A DNA stretch of 63,984 nt, filler included, from Octopus bimaculoides (taxonomy: Eukaryota), in the NCBI RefSeq assembly GCF_001194135.2. It is 5 parts of 4 records of this genome, joined end to end, with 100 filler letters (N's around TTAATTAATTAA, not from the genome) between each part and the next. Parts side by side here need not be neighbours in the genome. Positions count along the whole stretch, not along the records: positions 25,525 to 40,187 come from NC_068995.1; 4 more parts are not named here. One strand, written 5' to 3'. The notes beneath the pieces were generated by a model that searched no databases, had not been told where the DNA came from, and saw only the letters and a program-made list of their open reading frames with translations. Position 1 is the stretch's first letter, and each line of letters opens with the position of its first letter. The position numbers and the translations under genes were made by a program. Positions 26,521-39,440 of this stretch are shown here, one piece after another.

Positions 26521-27238
26521 NNNNNNNNNNNNNNNNNNNNNNNNNNNNNNNNNNNNNNNNNNNNNNNNNNNNNNNNNNNNNNNNNNNNNNNNNNNNNNNN
26601 NNNNNNNNNNNNNNNNNNNNNNNNNNNNNNNNNNNNNNNNNNNNNNNNNNNNNNNNNNNNNNNNNNNNNNNNNNNNNNNNNNNNNNNNNNNNNNNNNNNN
26701 NNNNNNNNNNNNNNNNNNNNNNNNNNNNNNNNNNNNNNNNNNNNNNNNNNNNNNNNNNNNNNNNNNNNNNNNNNNNNNNNNNNNNNNNNNNNNNNNNNNN
26801 NNNNNNNNNNNNNNNNNNNNNNNNNNNNNNNNNNNNNNNNNNNNNNNNNNNNNNNNNNNNNNNNNNNNNNNNNNNNNNNNNNNNNNNNNNNNNNNNNNNN
26901 NNNNNNNNNNNNNNNNNNNNNNNNNNNNNNNNNNNNNNNNNNNNNNNNNNNNNNNNNNNNNNNNNNNNNNNNNNNNNNNNNNNNNNNNNNNNNNNNNNNN
27001 NNNNNNNNNNNNNNNNNNNNNNNNNNNNNNNNNNNNNNNNNNNNNNNNNNNNNNNNNNNNNNNNNNNNNNNNNNNNNNNNNNNNNNNNNNNNNNNNNNNN
27101 NNNNNNNNNNNNNNNNNNNNNNNNNNNNNNNNNNNNNNNNNNNNNNNNNNNNNNNNNNNNNNNNNNNNNNNNNNNNNNNNNNNNNNNNNNNNNNNNNNNN
27201 NNNNNNNNNNNNNNNNNNNNNNNNNNNNNNNNNNNNNN

Positions 27239-27282
<44 letters not shown>

Positions 27283-27283
<1 letters not shown>

Positions 27284-27410
27284 ACGACAGGCTTCTTTAG
27301 TTTCCGTCTACCAAATCCACTCGAAAGACTTTGGGCGGCCCGTGGCTACAGTAGAAAACACAGAACTGAACCCGGAACCATGTGGCTTCGAAGCAAGCTT
27401 CTTACCACAT
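27283..27410 (-). mobile_element. SINE family A left monomer, partial
   Basis: cgacaggcttctttagtttccgtctaccaaatccact...ctgaacccggaaccatgtgg. Confidence 0.8.
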
Positions 27411-27699
27411 ATATCTCCGTGACCTGTCCACTGAGAAAATTCCATGCTGGGATTTTGTCAGTGAATAGGTCGCGGTTTTAAAGCGACGAAAATATGTCGA
27501 CAAATTAAATTAAATATATATTTGCAGAGGATGAATAAATAAAAATGTATGGGAATACAATATTTAAAACAAACTGTAATGAAGAGAAAATAAACCATGA
27601 AAGCTAATTCGTTAGATTGAGTAAAGGCATCCTTTGGCCCTGGTCGCTTAACCATTTCTCAAACTGGGTAGGATTGGCTTGGTCTTTCTAATTCTTCCA

Positions 27700-28300
27700 G
27701 GCAATACAGCACTGAGGGGATTTTTACTACGACAAATACAGCAACTAGGTTTTCTGACAGATGTAGCAACTAGGCTTTCTTTAATCTCATGTTGTTTGTC
27801 TTGATGTTTTCTAGTAAGAACTTGTAAATTCCCTTTGATGTCCCCTCACAACATATGGGGTAGGGATGTATGTCCAATAATTTTAGCCTGTATTTTAGGC
27901 TGTCTTCACTTTTGAGGGTGCTGAAGATAGTGCCATTCATTTTTGGTTTGTTTACCTTTTTCAATTGAAAGCATTTCTCAAGAAGTATCCTGAAGTGCTT
28001 GCTGTATTTCTTATCACGAGGGTATAATTGACCTATTCCCATGCTTTCAGAAACCGGGTTATATAATTTTTCTCTCTATCTTTTCCCGAATTAGTCCTTC
28101 TAGCTATGAAAGGTTTTTCAATCTTAAATGATTTTTCTACTTATATTTTTCTTGTAGCTAAGACTTTTCTTGTCTATCTTTCGAAGTATTTTCTCATCTA
28201 TCTTTCGAAGTACTTTTATTGCTTATCTCCAAGACAACCCAAATCAAAGAGATCTGTGATCAATGCATTATAATCAGGAATATCCCGTATTTTTTTCTTA
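27700..28300 (-). mobile_element. Possible Dong/R4 remnant
   Basis: LRKIDKKS...GIGQL...KY...LKSE resembles the R4/Dong post-RT region only weakly. Contains a 24-bp-period tandem duplication (28173-28212). Confidence 0.3.
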
Positions 28301-28549
28301 TTTAATATTGCAATATTTAATATATTCTTCATACTATTTTGAGATGGTTGATTAAAACTAGAGGGAGATTAAGCTACCATTTCTAGCATATCATATAACC
28401 ATGCACAAGCCCTCATTTAATGAAACCCTCTTTATAGATTCGAAGCCAGGCGTTTATTAACAGAGCTCCATTCAATAAACTTTATATCTGTGGCATTAGG
28501 CCAGTGTAAGAAATTATTATTGCTGTTGTTATTGTTGTTGTTGATGCCG

Positions 28550-28870
28550 GGAAGCTGTATCGTTATAGTTTCAAGCTGTTTATCCTGGTATGTTCTGCTA
28601 TTGAAGGAAGACATCCGCCATGTTTTATGCCTGAACGCAAACGAACCATAAGGGGGGAAAATGGCACACTCAGACGAAGAAACTATGAGGCTGATTCCCA
28701 GAAGACATCAGTCGCTAAACTGTACTGTGTCTGTCTGCTGGATTTCGTTGATTTCTTTGTTCGACTCTTTTTTTCTCTTTTATTTCTTCGTAATTTTCAG
28801 AACAGAACATGTACAGACATAACGGGGAACAGAAGTTCTCTTTCTCCATTATGCTTTGAAGCTAATGGAT
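28550..28870 (+). mobile_element. Possible piggyBac transposase remnant
   Basis: RYSFKLFILVCS...LLDFVDFFVRLF...RTCTDITGNRSSL resembles RYGFKxFVLCD...DNFFTS...GTxRxNR. Highly degenerate. Confidence 0.3.
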
Positions 28871-31245
28871 GTGGTGCATCATGGGAAATTGCTCATAAAG
28901 TCAATTGTTTGGAGATATTGTTTCTAAATTTGGTAATTTGTATTGTTCAGAAAGCAAAAATATTCAAAAATAACAGTAATGAAATTCTCAAAAGATTTAG
29001 TATTATCTGGTGTTAATAGTAAATAACGGTTAAAGGAAGGAGAAAAATATGAAAAGAATAAAGGAGGAGAACAAACGAAGGGGAAATTCGTGCACACACA
29101 TACACACATCCTCTCATACCTACCTACCTACCTACCTACCTACCTACCTACCTACCTATTTACTAACATGTAAGTGTATATATGTATATATCCATACATA
29201 TATATACCTATATATACATTTATATATATATATATATATATATNNNNNNNNNNNNNNNNNNNNNNNNNNNNNNNNNNNNNNNNNNNNNNNNNNNNNNNNN
29301 NNNNNNNNNNNNNNNNNNNNNNNNNNNNNNNNNNNNNNNNNNNNNNNNNNNNNNNNNNNNNNNNNNNNNNNNNNNNNNNNNNNNNNNNNNNNNNNNNNNN
29401 NNNNNNNNNNNNNNNNNNNNNNNNNNNNNNNNNNNNNNNNNNNNNNNNNNNNNNNNNNNNNNNNNNNNNNNNNNNNNNNNNNNNNNNNNNNNNNNNNNNN
29501 NNNNNNNNNNNNNNNNNNNNNNNNNNNNNNNNNNNNNNNNNNNNNNNNNNNNNNNNNNNNNNNNNNNNNNNNNNNNNNNNNNNNNNNNNNNNNNNNNNNN
29601 NNNNNNNNNNNNNNNNNNNNNNNNNNNNNNNNNNNNNNNNNNNNNNNNNNNNNNNNNNNNNNNNNNNNNNNNNNNNNNNNNNNNNNNNNNNNNNNNNNNN
29701 NNNNNNNNNNNNNNNNNNNNNNNNNNNNNNNNNNNNNNNNNNNNNNNNNNNNNNNNNNNNNNNNNNNNNNNNNNNNNNNNNNNNNNNNNNNNNNNNNNNN
29801 NNNNNNNNNNNNNNNNNNNNNNNNNNNNNNNNNNNNNNNNNNNNNNNNNNNNNNNNNNNNNNNNNNNNNNNNNNNNNNNNNNNNNNNNNNNNNNNNNNNN
29901 NNNNNNNNNNNNNNNNNNNNNNNNNNNNNNNNNNNNNNNNNNNNNNNNNNNNNNNNNNNNNNNNNNNNNNNNNNNNNNNNNNNNNNNNNNNNNNNNNNNN
30001 NNNNNNNNNNNNNNNNNNNNNNNNNNNNNNNNNNNNNNNNNNNNNNNNNNNNNNNNNNNNNNNTATATATATATATATATATATATATATGATCTCATAC
30101 CTCCTCTATCGCTGACATCACATGTTGTACGTCTGGGTAGTTGTTGCTTAACCCCAGGTTAGATCAGTCCTATTTGAAGAGACCCATGCTTAAATGTGTT
30201 GAAGTCCTAACCAACCTATCTTTATTTTATAAATCGTTCGAATCCAGGACCAGACTGCATTATGTGTTTCATCCTTTTTAAATGGTTGTGAAACACACGA
30301 GCGATATATGGCTGCTGTCTTGTTTCTTTAATTCTTTCATGTAGTCTTTTATTATATGCAGTTCTTATTTGGTGATTTAGTGTGACTTAAACAGTTTTCG
30401 ATATGCTATTATCTAGTTGTAACCCTCTCCCATAAGGGTTATAGGAAGCAGGTAAGCTAAATGTATGAGACATTCAAAAGATTCGTCAATGTCCCGTGCC
30501 TATGACATATTTTACAGTTTCAAGTACATGACGGATGAACACACCGATTCCATCCACACTATCCATTCGATAGATTACCAGTCTTTCCTTAGAGGAAATC
30601 TCTTGATATTCCTAGACTGCTAATTGTTGTTGTTTAACCCTTGGTAACCCTAGTTGGGCAGGCCTATGATGAAAGATATTCAAGGTATGACCATCCAATC
30701 GTGACAGTGTTCTAGATATTATCCAATGGGTTGGTTTCTTTACGGACTACGATATTATCTGAGTGTACTTTTCGATGCAATTTCTAGCAGTTTGGTAGAC
30801 CATGGAAGAACTTCATCAAAATTTAGCTCTACTCGTTCCTCAACCCTGGTAATTCTGTAATTTCATGAGAAACCATGAATTTTCACATATATTCTACAAA
30901 CCACCAAGGAATCAAAATTATACTGTCATATAATGGCCGTTATATAATAGAAGAAATGAGGCAGCAGCCATATTTGATAGGAAATAATTTGCACTGTGGA
31001 TAAAAAGACAGGAGTTAAATAAAGTGCTTCTGTATAGATGCCAACTCTGCTAGATATAGCAGGTAAATCTTACTCAGATCATAGCCCACCATCTTAAAAT
31101 ATTAAAAGTAGTATACGAAAATGCCTGACAAATAAATAAACAAACAAATAACCTGAGATGGTTGTGATTGGCATGCCTTTTATGTCTGACAAGCATGGGC
31201 GTTTTCTGTTTTTTATTACAGATTTGTCTGACAGGAATGGTTGTG

Positions 31246-31323
31246 ATGAGATTAAACAGCAACATCATTGTATATGATATAAAAATGTTGAGCATAAATG
31301 GACTACAACACAAGACAACTCTA
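31246..31323 (+). pseudogene. Single LRR-like unit (weak candidate)
   Basis: MRLNSNIIVYDIKMLSINGLQHKTTL resembles LxLxxNxIxxIxxxxFxGLxxLxxL with one extra residue. Confidence 0.25.
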
Positions 31324-31914
31324 CCAGAATTTACACTGGATCAACGTTCGACTTTAAACACCGTAATTACTTTCTATCGTCATCGTTATTACATAACTTT
31401 CTCATATTACCACAAATCATTAATTATGCTCTAACAAAATTACGTAAGTCTTCCTATTAACTTCTCTATCCCATTGCATTTATTACATTTCTTCCTTAAC
31501 ACTTGTTTTCTGTGACACTTTAGAAAATTCTGGTCTTCCGCTCACACACTCTGGTTTTACCTTCTTCTGTTGCCCTCTTTTACCATTTTGCTGTCACGTT
31601 TCCTGCTTCGCCTTTCCTCCTTCTATGAAACCGATTTTTATACTTGACACAACTGATACACTTTGCAATGTTTATCGTTATACCCTGATAGTGTATCTCT
31701 ATTTTTTACATACCCATCCACGGTCTGCTTTAATTAATGCGTTCCTTTTGGGACTAGTCCACATAACCCCATTCATCTTACTCTTGGTTTTAGAACCATC
31801 GTTTATATCTCGTGCCGATAGTTGATACCTAATAATAACTTTTGGCTCCCGGCCTCTCCCCCGCTGCCTCCCTTCCAACCTTTAGAGCTAGCACTATAAT
31901 GACTCTTTTACCTT

Positions 31915-32269
31915 TTTATTCTTTTACTTGTTTCAGTCATTTTGACTGCGGCCATACTGGAGCACCGCTGTGAAGGGTTTTAATCGAACAAATCGACGCC
32001 AGGACATATTTTTTAAAGCCCAATACTTATTCTGTCAGTCTTTTTTGCCGAACCTTTAATTTACAGGACGTAAGCACACCAACACCGGTTGTCAGGCGGT
32101 GATGGGGTCAAACACAGACACAAACGCACAGACNNNNNNNNNNNNNNNNNNNNNNNNNNNNNNNNNNNNNNNNNNNNNNNNNNNNNNNNNNNNNNNNNNN
32201 NNNNNNNNNNNNNNNNNNNNNNNNNNNNNNNNNNNNNNNNNNNNNNNNNNNNNNNNNNNNNNNNNNNNN

Positions 32270-32313
<44 letters not shown>

Positions 32314-32595
32314 GAGGGGTGTATGAAAAGTTTTGTACCTTCATCAGAAGTCTTGTACTATGTTTTCTTTTTTTTGAGGCTCAAGATTTTCATGCACCCC
32401 TCGTATGTATATATATATATATCTGTATATATACGACGGGCTTCTTTTAGTTTCCGTCTATCAAATCCACTCACAAAGCTTTGGTCGGACCGAGGCTATG
32501 GTAAAAGACAGTTACCCAAGGCACCACGCAGTGGGACTGAACCCGAAACCATGTGATTGGGAAGCAAGCTTCTTGCCACACAGCCATGCCTGCGG
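31915..32595 (-). mobile_element. SINE family A composite copy with a MITE inserted in its internal microsatellite
   Basis: Right monomer at 31915-32130, then (CA)n, gap and MITE, then left monomer at 32435-32595. Confidence 0.85.
32311..32405. mobile_element. 95-bp mariner-type MITE
   Basis: TIRs tacgaggggtgtatgaaaa (32311-32329) and ttttcatgcacccctcgta (32387-32405) match at 18/19. TA at both ends. Confidence 0.85.
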
Positions 32596-32923
32596 CTAAA
32601 TATATTTATAAACACGGTTCTTCTGATGAGGATATCGTGACTTTACTGCTCGGAGCAATATAAATTTGTGTTAGGGTGATACTTTTCCTTTACCTCTACA
32701 TCTACCTACAACATTGATTCAGTATTGGACTTCCTTGGCTAACATACATCCAGATATTGATTATTCGAAACAGCTGTGAAGATAAGATTTGATTACCTCA
32801 TGTAGACTGTATATGCAACATTTCATGTAAATACATTCCTGATGCCTGTTACTATTTGTCTTTCTATTTCGTGCTCTCCCTCTTTCTCTTTGTTTGTTTC
32901 TCTCTCTCTCCCTCTCTCCGTAT

Positions 32924-32954
<31 letters not shown>

Positions 32955-33432
32955 NNNNNNNNNNNNNNNNNNNNNNNNNNNNNNNNNNNNNNNNNNNNNN
33001 NNNNNNNNNNNNNNNNNNNNNNNNNNNNNNNNNNNNNNNNNNNNNNNNNNNNNNNNNNNNNNNNNNNNNNNNNNNNNNNNNNNNNNNNNNNNNNNNNNNN
33101 NNNNNNNNNNNNNNNNNNNNNNNNNNNNNNNNNNNNNNNNNNNNNNNNNNNNNNNNNNNNNNNNNNNNNNNNNNNNNNNNNNNNNNNNNNNNNNNNNNNN
33201 NNNNNNNNNNNNNNNNNNNNNNNNNNNNNNNNNNNNNNNNNNNNNNNNNNNNNNNNNNNNNNNNNNNNNNNNNNNNNNNNNNNNNNNNNNNNNNNNNNNN
33301 NNNNNNNNNNNNNNNNNNNNNNNNNNNNNNNNNNNNNNNNNNNNNNNNNNNNNNNNNNNNNNNNNNNNNNNNNNNNNNNNNNNNNNNNNNNNNNNNNNNN
33401 NNNNNNACATACACACACACACACACACACAT

Positions 33433-33503
<71 letters not shown>

Positions 33504-33506
33504 GTG

Positions 33507-33538
<32 letters not shown>

Positions 33539-33582
33539 TATATATATAACTATATATATATAGAAACATACATACATACATA

Positions 33583-33637
<55 letters not shown>

Positions 33638-33722
33638 ATCTATCTATATATATATATATATATATAAAGGGCATATACTCGCATACATGTATGTGTATAT
33701 GTGTGAGGGTGTGTATGCGTAC

Positions 33723-33769
<47 letters not shown>

Positions 33770-34406
33770 GGCGATATGCACTATCATGTGCCACAAAGCA
33801 AATTGAAACAAAAACTCTTGCACTAATATACTGTCTTAGTAAACAAATATATATATGGGTGTGTATATGTAGAAATGTGCACATGTATATATATATGTAT
33901 ATATACATATGAACGCACACGCACAGGAACGCAAATATATACATACATATGTTCACAAGCGCATAACACTTGAGAAGTTATATATATATTTTTTATTTCT
34001 TCCATTTTCTTCTTATTTCTATTCAGCATGAAGATGGATGGGTTTTCGTTTATAGCATACATTCCACAAGCTGCCTGTTCTTACCACTTATCTTCTGTTT
34101 CCACCACTGCAAGCTGTGTACATCTGTACGGAAATATGTATGTGCATACACACACGCACACACACACACCATACACATGCACACTGCTGCATACACGCGC
34201 ATACAGAGACACAGAGATACAAAGACACAGGCACATACACACGCAGACAGCCACGCAGGGCGACAGAAACATAGGCACACATATACATAAATATTTTACA
34301 TATTTATAAATATATATATTCATATATGTACTCACATATGTATATGTACGTATATATATATGTGTGTGTGTGTGTATGTATATAAATTGTGTGTGTATAT
34401 ATGTAT

Positions 34407-34443
<37 letters not shown>

Positions 34444-34519
34444 CTAGACAAAATGCGATAACAAAACCAATGCTGTTAGAAGTATTCAGGACATTTATAA
34501 GGAAAAATATATAGATATA

Positions 34520-34567
34520 GTCTTACAGCTGTTTCTGGGATATTATGGATATCCCTTCATCAGAGAC
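34520..34567 (-). ncRNA. Minimal type-I hammerhead ribozyme motif
   Basis: Minus strand gtct-CTGATGA-a-gggatat-ccata-atatccc-a-GAAAC-agct-GTA-agac: 4-bp stem I, 7-bp stem II, palindromic ACAGCTGT stem III, GUA cleavage triplet. There is an A.A apposition at the base of stem II. Confidence 0.7.
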
Positions 34568-35231
34568 GATGTAAGATTGTTAAATAGCGGTGAATATTTG
34601 AGTTCGTAATAAGGAATTATTATGGAAAAGGAGGAGATAGGGAATATAGAGGGAAATAAGAGAATGAAAGTAGAAATAAAATATGAAATTTATTGTAGTT
34701 GCAGTTCCATTATTCGAAGAAAGTGGTGTATAGAAGTGGTAAAAAAGTTTACTGTTCATGGTATGTAAGTTCCAATAGTAGTTCATGTTTATTCATTTCA
34801 AAGTATGGAGCCGTGGATTCTGTGTTGTTCATTCTGACCTTGAAAAACCTCCTCAGTCATTTCCATATCCACCAGAGCAGAAATACTCGTCGATCTTCAG
34901 TGATGGTTATGTTCGACGAAAAAGGATAAACAACATCTGGTGTGAATGAAGATTTGAGAATGCGTTGGTAGTATTTGTGGATAGATGGGGAGGGGGAGAG
35001 ATATGTATGATTAGAAAGAGGAGATAGGTCAAAATGAAAACAGGAAGAGAAAATGAGAGGAAGAAAGAGAGAAAAAAGAGAAAGAAGGAAAAGAGAGAGA
35101 GAGAAAGGAAAAAGAGTGAAGAAAAAAAGAAAAAGAAAATTGGAGAAAGGGTGAAAGAAGTGAGAAAAGGAGTGTTAGTGGTCAAGTTATTACGAACTCA
35201 AATATTCACCGCTATTTCACAATCTCACATC

Positions 35232-35279
35232 GTCTCTGATGAAGGGATATCCATAATATCCCAGAAACTGCTGTAAGAC
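35232..35279 (+). ncRNA. Minimal hammerhead motif, second copy
   Basis: Identical to 34520-34567 except the loop is tgct instead of agct, which breaks the palindrome. Confidence 0.65.
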
Positions 35280-36060
35280 TATTTCCTTATGAATGTCCTG
35301 AAAACTTCTCACAGCCTTGGCTTTGTTACCTCATTTTGTTTAATATATATATGCATTCTAATACAAGACTCACATTAGGTTCCTCACTCGAACCAGCAGT
35401 TTAACTACGGTCTCTCCAGTCCATAGCACTTACTTCGCCTTAACTGCCACTTTTTGGGTCTTCTAGATACTAATACATCTCATACCATCGCTATATATAT
35501 ATATATATATATATNNNNNNNNNNNNNNNNNNNNNNNNNNNNNNNNNNNNNNNNNNNNNNNNNNNNNNNNNNNNNNNNNNNNNNNNNNNNNNNNNNNNNN
35601 NNNNNNNNNNNNNNNNNNNNNNNNNNNNNNNNNNNNNNNNNNNNNNNNNNNNNNNNNNNNNNNNNNNNNNNNNNNNNNNNNNNNNNNNNNNNNNNNNNNN
35701 NNNNNNNNNNNNNNNNNNNNNNNNNNNNNNNNNNNNNNNNNNNNNNNNNNNNNNNNNNNNNNNNNNNNNNNNNNNNNNNNNNNNNNNNNNNNNNNNNNNN
35801 NNNNNNNNNNNNNNNNNNNNNNNNNNNNNNNNNNNNNNNNNNNNNNNNNNNNNNNNNNNNNNNNNNNNNNNNNNNNNNNNNNNNNNNNNNNNNNNNNNNN
35901 NNNNNNNNNNNNNNNNNNNNNNNNNNNNNNNNNNNNNNNNNNNNNNNNNNNNNNNNNNNNNNNNNNNNNNNNNNNNNNNNNNNNNNNNNNNNNNNNNNNN
36001 NNNNNNNNNNNNNNNNNNNNNNNNNNNNNNNNNNNNNNNNNNNNNNNNNNNNNNNNNNNN

Positions 36061-36119
<59 letters not shown>

Positions 36120-36340
36120 AAGTAAGGGGATTTAGTTCACAGGTGATCTAAACGATTAGGTACCCTAGGTAAGTGCTGTAGCGGATTACTGGGGCTCCAA
36201 ATTTCTACCCGAGACGGTAGTTATCGAGCCATTGCAAATTTCCGATACAGCGGATATATAATTGTTAAACAGGACGTGAAACATTAAGGTAAGGCAAACA
36301 TCTCAAGCCATATATGATAATATTACAGGAAGAAATTCAA

Positions 36341-36400
36341 AATCTTACAGCTGCTTTCTAGGATATCCTCGACTATGGGATATTCTGTCATTAGAGACAA
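36341..36400 (-). ncRNA. Degenerate third copy of the same hammerhead/pLTR family
   Basis: Minus strand tgtct-ctaatga-...gatatccta-gaaagc-agct-gta-agat. The core is mutated. Confidence 0.4.
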
Positions 36401-36694
36401 ATTGGGGAAAAATATGGAAAATGAGAATGGTATATATCAATAAGATAACATAGAGGAAGAGAGTAAAAGGATAAGGAGATGGAAAGAGAGAAGAAAAAGG
36501 AGGCATGAATGTTCATAGTTCAACTTTGAGAAATTATAGAAATCAACGCATGAGTCCTTAGATGCAATCCTGCGTATATCCATGAGTGTAATTCTTTAGG
36601 TGCAATCCTGCGTATATCCATGTGGGTTAAAGTCCTTATATAGTACACACCCCAAGAAAAAGACGCGAACATATCAAGGTTTAATAACAGAATA

Positions 36695-36765
36695 AGGCTA
36701 GTGTAACGGTAACACACTTGGTCGCGTTAACAAAGGGATGTGGGTTCGACTCTCATACGGATAGG
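36695..36765 (+). other. tRNA-like relic or SINE head
   Basis: A-box-like tagtgtaacggtaa and B-box-like ggttcgactc (36743-36752). No convincing full cloverleaf. Confidence 0.3.
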
Positions 36766-36939
36766 AGAGCCTTCTTTTTTCTGTAGAGGGCTTACATGCC
36801 CCTTTATTAGACTATTTTCCTTAGTCGTTGCACGGTGAACGGCATAAATTTTAATCTTATATAAAAATACCATTATTATTATTATTTACAGGATTGTAAA
36901 TCATGGCGCCGTAATAAAAAAAAAACATTCACACCGAAA

Positions 36940-37009
<70 letters not shown>

Positions 37010-37815
37010 ATATACATGAACACAAGTACGCACACAGATATACATTAACTCTTCAAGAGAGGAAGAATGGCTCCTTAGTAAAAAAAAAAAAAAACGCCCT
37101 TATATTTGTAAAAAAATAATTGGAAGAAAGGAAAGAAAGAATGTTAATCAGAATGAGAAAAGTGAAGAAAAATGTTAATTAGCGCAGGAGAACAATTGAC
37201 GCCAGCGTTTAAAGGTTAAGTAGTTTAAATGAAATAGAAATGAATTTTATATTTTATACACAACCAAGGATACGTTGACAGGTCTCCATTACCTCCACCT
37301 CCACCGCCACCGCCATCACCATTGTGATCATCGTGATCATCAGCATTAGTATGAACATTAGCAGCAGATTTCTTTGCGTACGGCCCACAGTTAACACGCT
37401 CGGACAACTAGAAAGAGCGGTCAAATCGTCTTCAAATCACATAATATTCTGGAGGAAGAAGTCATTTGGGAATTTTATCTTAAATGTAGGGGATGAGAAA
37501 CAATATTTGGATGGTCACAACTGAAATATCTTTGATTATAGGTCTGTATGATCACTACATATTATTTATCAGAAAACAATATTAACAAACTCCCCTATTC
37601 ATGTTTCTTTGGAAGTATTTGATGCCTTTTCACTAACAATCGGTGTCTAATAGAACTGCGTCGTAACCCTCACACTCTTCAACATATTTCCAGCGATGCA
37701 ACCCAACGCTTTCTTCTGCAACATCCAAGCATCCACATCACACACTCTATCACATATTCTACGGGTGGAAATTTGCATCATTAATTTCTATTTTCATTTT
37801 AAACAAAAGAGAGAA

Positions 37816-37898
<83 letters not shown>

Positions 37899-37914
37899 AA
37901 ACCCTGTTAACAAG

Positions 37915-38860
37915 CTTTCTCTTCATCGATGCCTGTTCAGTCTCAATGTGGTAATGACAGATACTCGGAAACGAATCAGTTATCAACAAATTATTGTAAC
38001 TTTGGTCTCCCTATAAGCGTGGGTTCATACATTATTATGCCTCCGGAAGTTTGTTCTAGAGACCTCATATTACAGTAAATGGAAAATAGCAACAGTTTCA
38101 TCCAATTCGGTAGTGCCTCAACGGCAGTAAACACTGGCTCGGAGATCAACCGAAGGATCTCTAAAACTAACACTGCTTTTATCAAACTACAACAAAATGT
38201 AAGGAAGCACGGGGAGGGGATGAACCTCCACACCAAGCTGAAGACTTTCTGTGTATTTTTTTTCAAAACCCCCACATGTGTCTGTGTGTTCTGGACAGTC
38301 CCAATAATTTCACATGAAGAGTCGCAGTAGATCCTGCTGGCAGGGTTAGATCTCTGGACGTATGGTGCTTCAGTAAGCTAACGTCCCAACTCTATTGTAG
38401 AAAACCCAAATGAGATGAATTGAGCTTGTCCGTCACACTTAAACACCGCATCTACAAATAGCTCTTTTATAGCGAACTATGTAGGAAAAGCGCGTTGTTA
38501 GCGGGAGCGGTGGGGATATTTGAAGGCTACCGAAAAGCATCTCTGAGAAGCCTCAAGATGACTCTTGGCTGTTAGGAGTTGTTGGCCCCAAACTGACACA
38601 ATTGGAGGCGTCTGAATTACACTGGTGGCTCGAATTGCTGAATCTAAAAGAACTGCTTCTACTGGAAGAAAGCGTTCACCATACGGATTTAAATCTACTA
38701 CTAACTTAAATGCTGCATTCTCACAAATGTGTTCCACATTAAAGAAAGTATTTCTGACCTTGAAAAACCTCCTCAGTCATTTCCATATCCACCAGAGCAG
38801 AAATACTCGTCGATCTTCAGTGATGGTTAAGTTCGACGAAAAAGGATAAACAACATCTGG
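37915..38860 (+). mobile_element. RTE (BovB-like) LINE 3' part, heavily decayed
   Basis: FGLPIS...ENSNSFIQFGS...EINRRISKTNTAFIKL...LHTKLK, then ALYSEL..GKR, a terminal C2H2-like CSTLKKVFLTLKNLLSHFHIH, and tail ttcgacgaaaaaggataaacaac. Confidence 0.75.
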
Positions 38861-39032
38861 GTTAATATATTGCTAATAAAATCATTTTTTTTCTTGCCCA
38901 AAACTTAGCACAACGATCTAAGATGAAAGATTTTTTCAGTTTTTATTCATCACTAGATTTCAATCGATTGCTTGTCCCTTTGTCATCAGATGTCTTATTC
39001 TACTATACTAATGGTAGCCATTCTGGATTGAA

Positions 39033-39440
39033 ACTAAGTTAGCCAACCGGTCTTTTAGTGGTTAAGAACATTATTATCTTTAGCAGGGTAATTTAGACAT
39101 TTAGTTCGAATTCAGTTTGGTAATACCTCAGTGTTGTCGGCGGCGTTCCCTATTTTGTTTACGAGATTTATGAAACCTCGATTCCATTCATCGAGGAGTT
39201 TGATTAATACGCAGAAAGAGCGACTGGTTCAGTCACCACATTACTTGGATTTCAAAGATCCATATTGATAGTAGAGACGCCTCGATACGCCAAGGAAGAA
39301 TCAATCTGATGGTAGAGAGATGTCGGAATCTTTTGTGCAATTTTTGGTGGTTTGATGTTTCACAGAGTGGGCGAGAAGCTATAACATGGCCATTGGTCGT
39401 TTTCTTAAATCTCTTGACAGAATTTGAATTGACCACCGGG
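39033..39440 (+). pseudogene. Decayed LRR array in a single reading frame (candidate)
   Basis: One frame without frameshift: TKLANRSFSG*EHYYL*QGN...SLFCLRDL*NLDSIH...FSHHITWISKIHIDS...CRNLLCNFWWFDVSQSGREAI..VVFLNLLTEFEL. Stops TAA and TAG fall at expected Leu positions (TTA/TTG), and several other deviations are one-base changes. Confidence 0.5.

Larger units (their letters stand above)
34448..35339. mobile_element. Penelope-like relic with inverted pLTR arms
   Basis: Arms 34448-34612 and 35187-35339 are reverse complements with scattered mismatches and one ~10-nt indel. Each arm contains a hammerhead motif. Confidence 0.7.
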
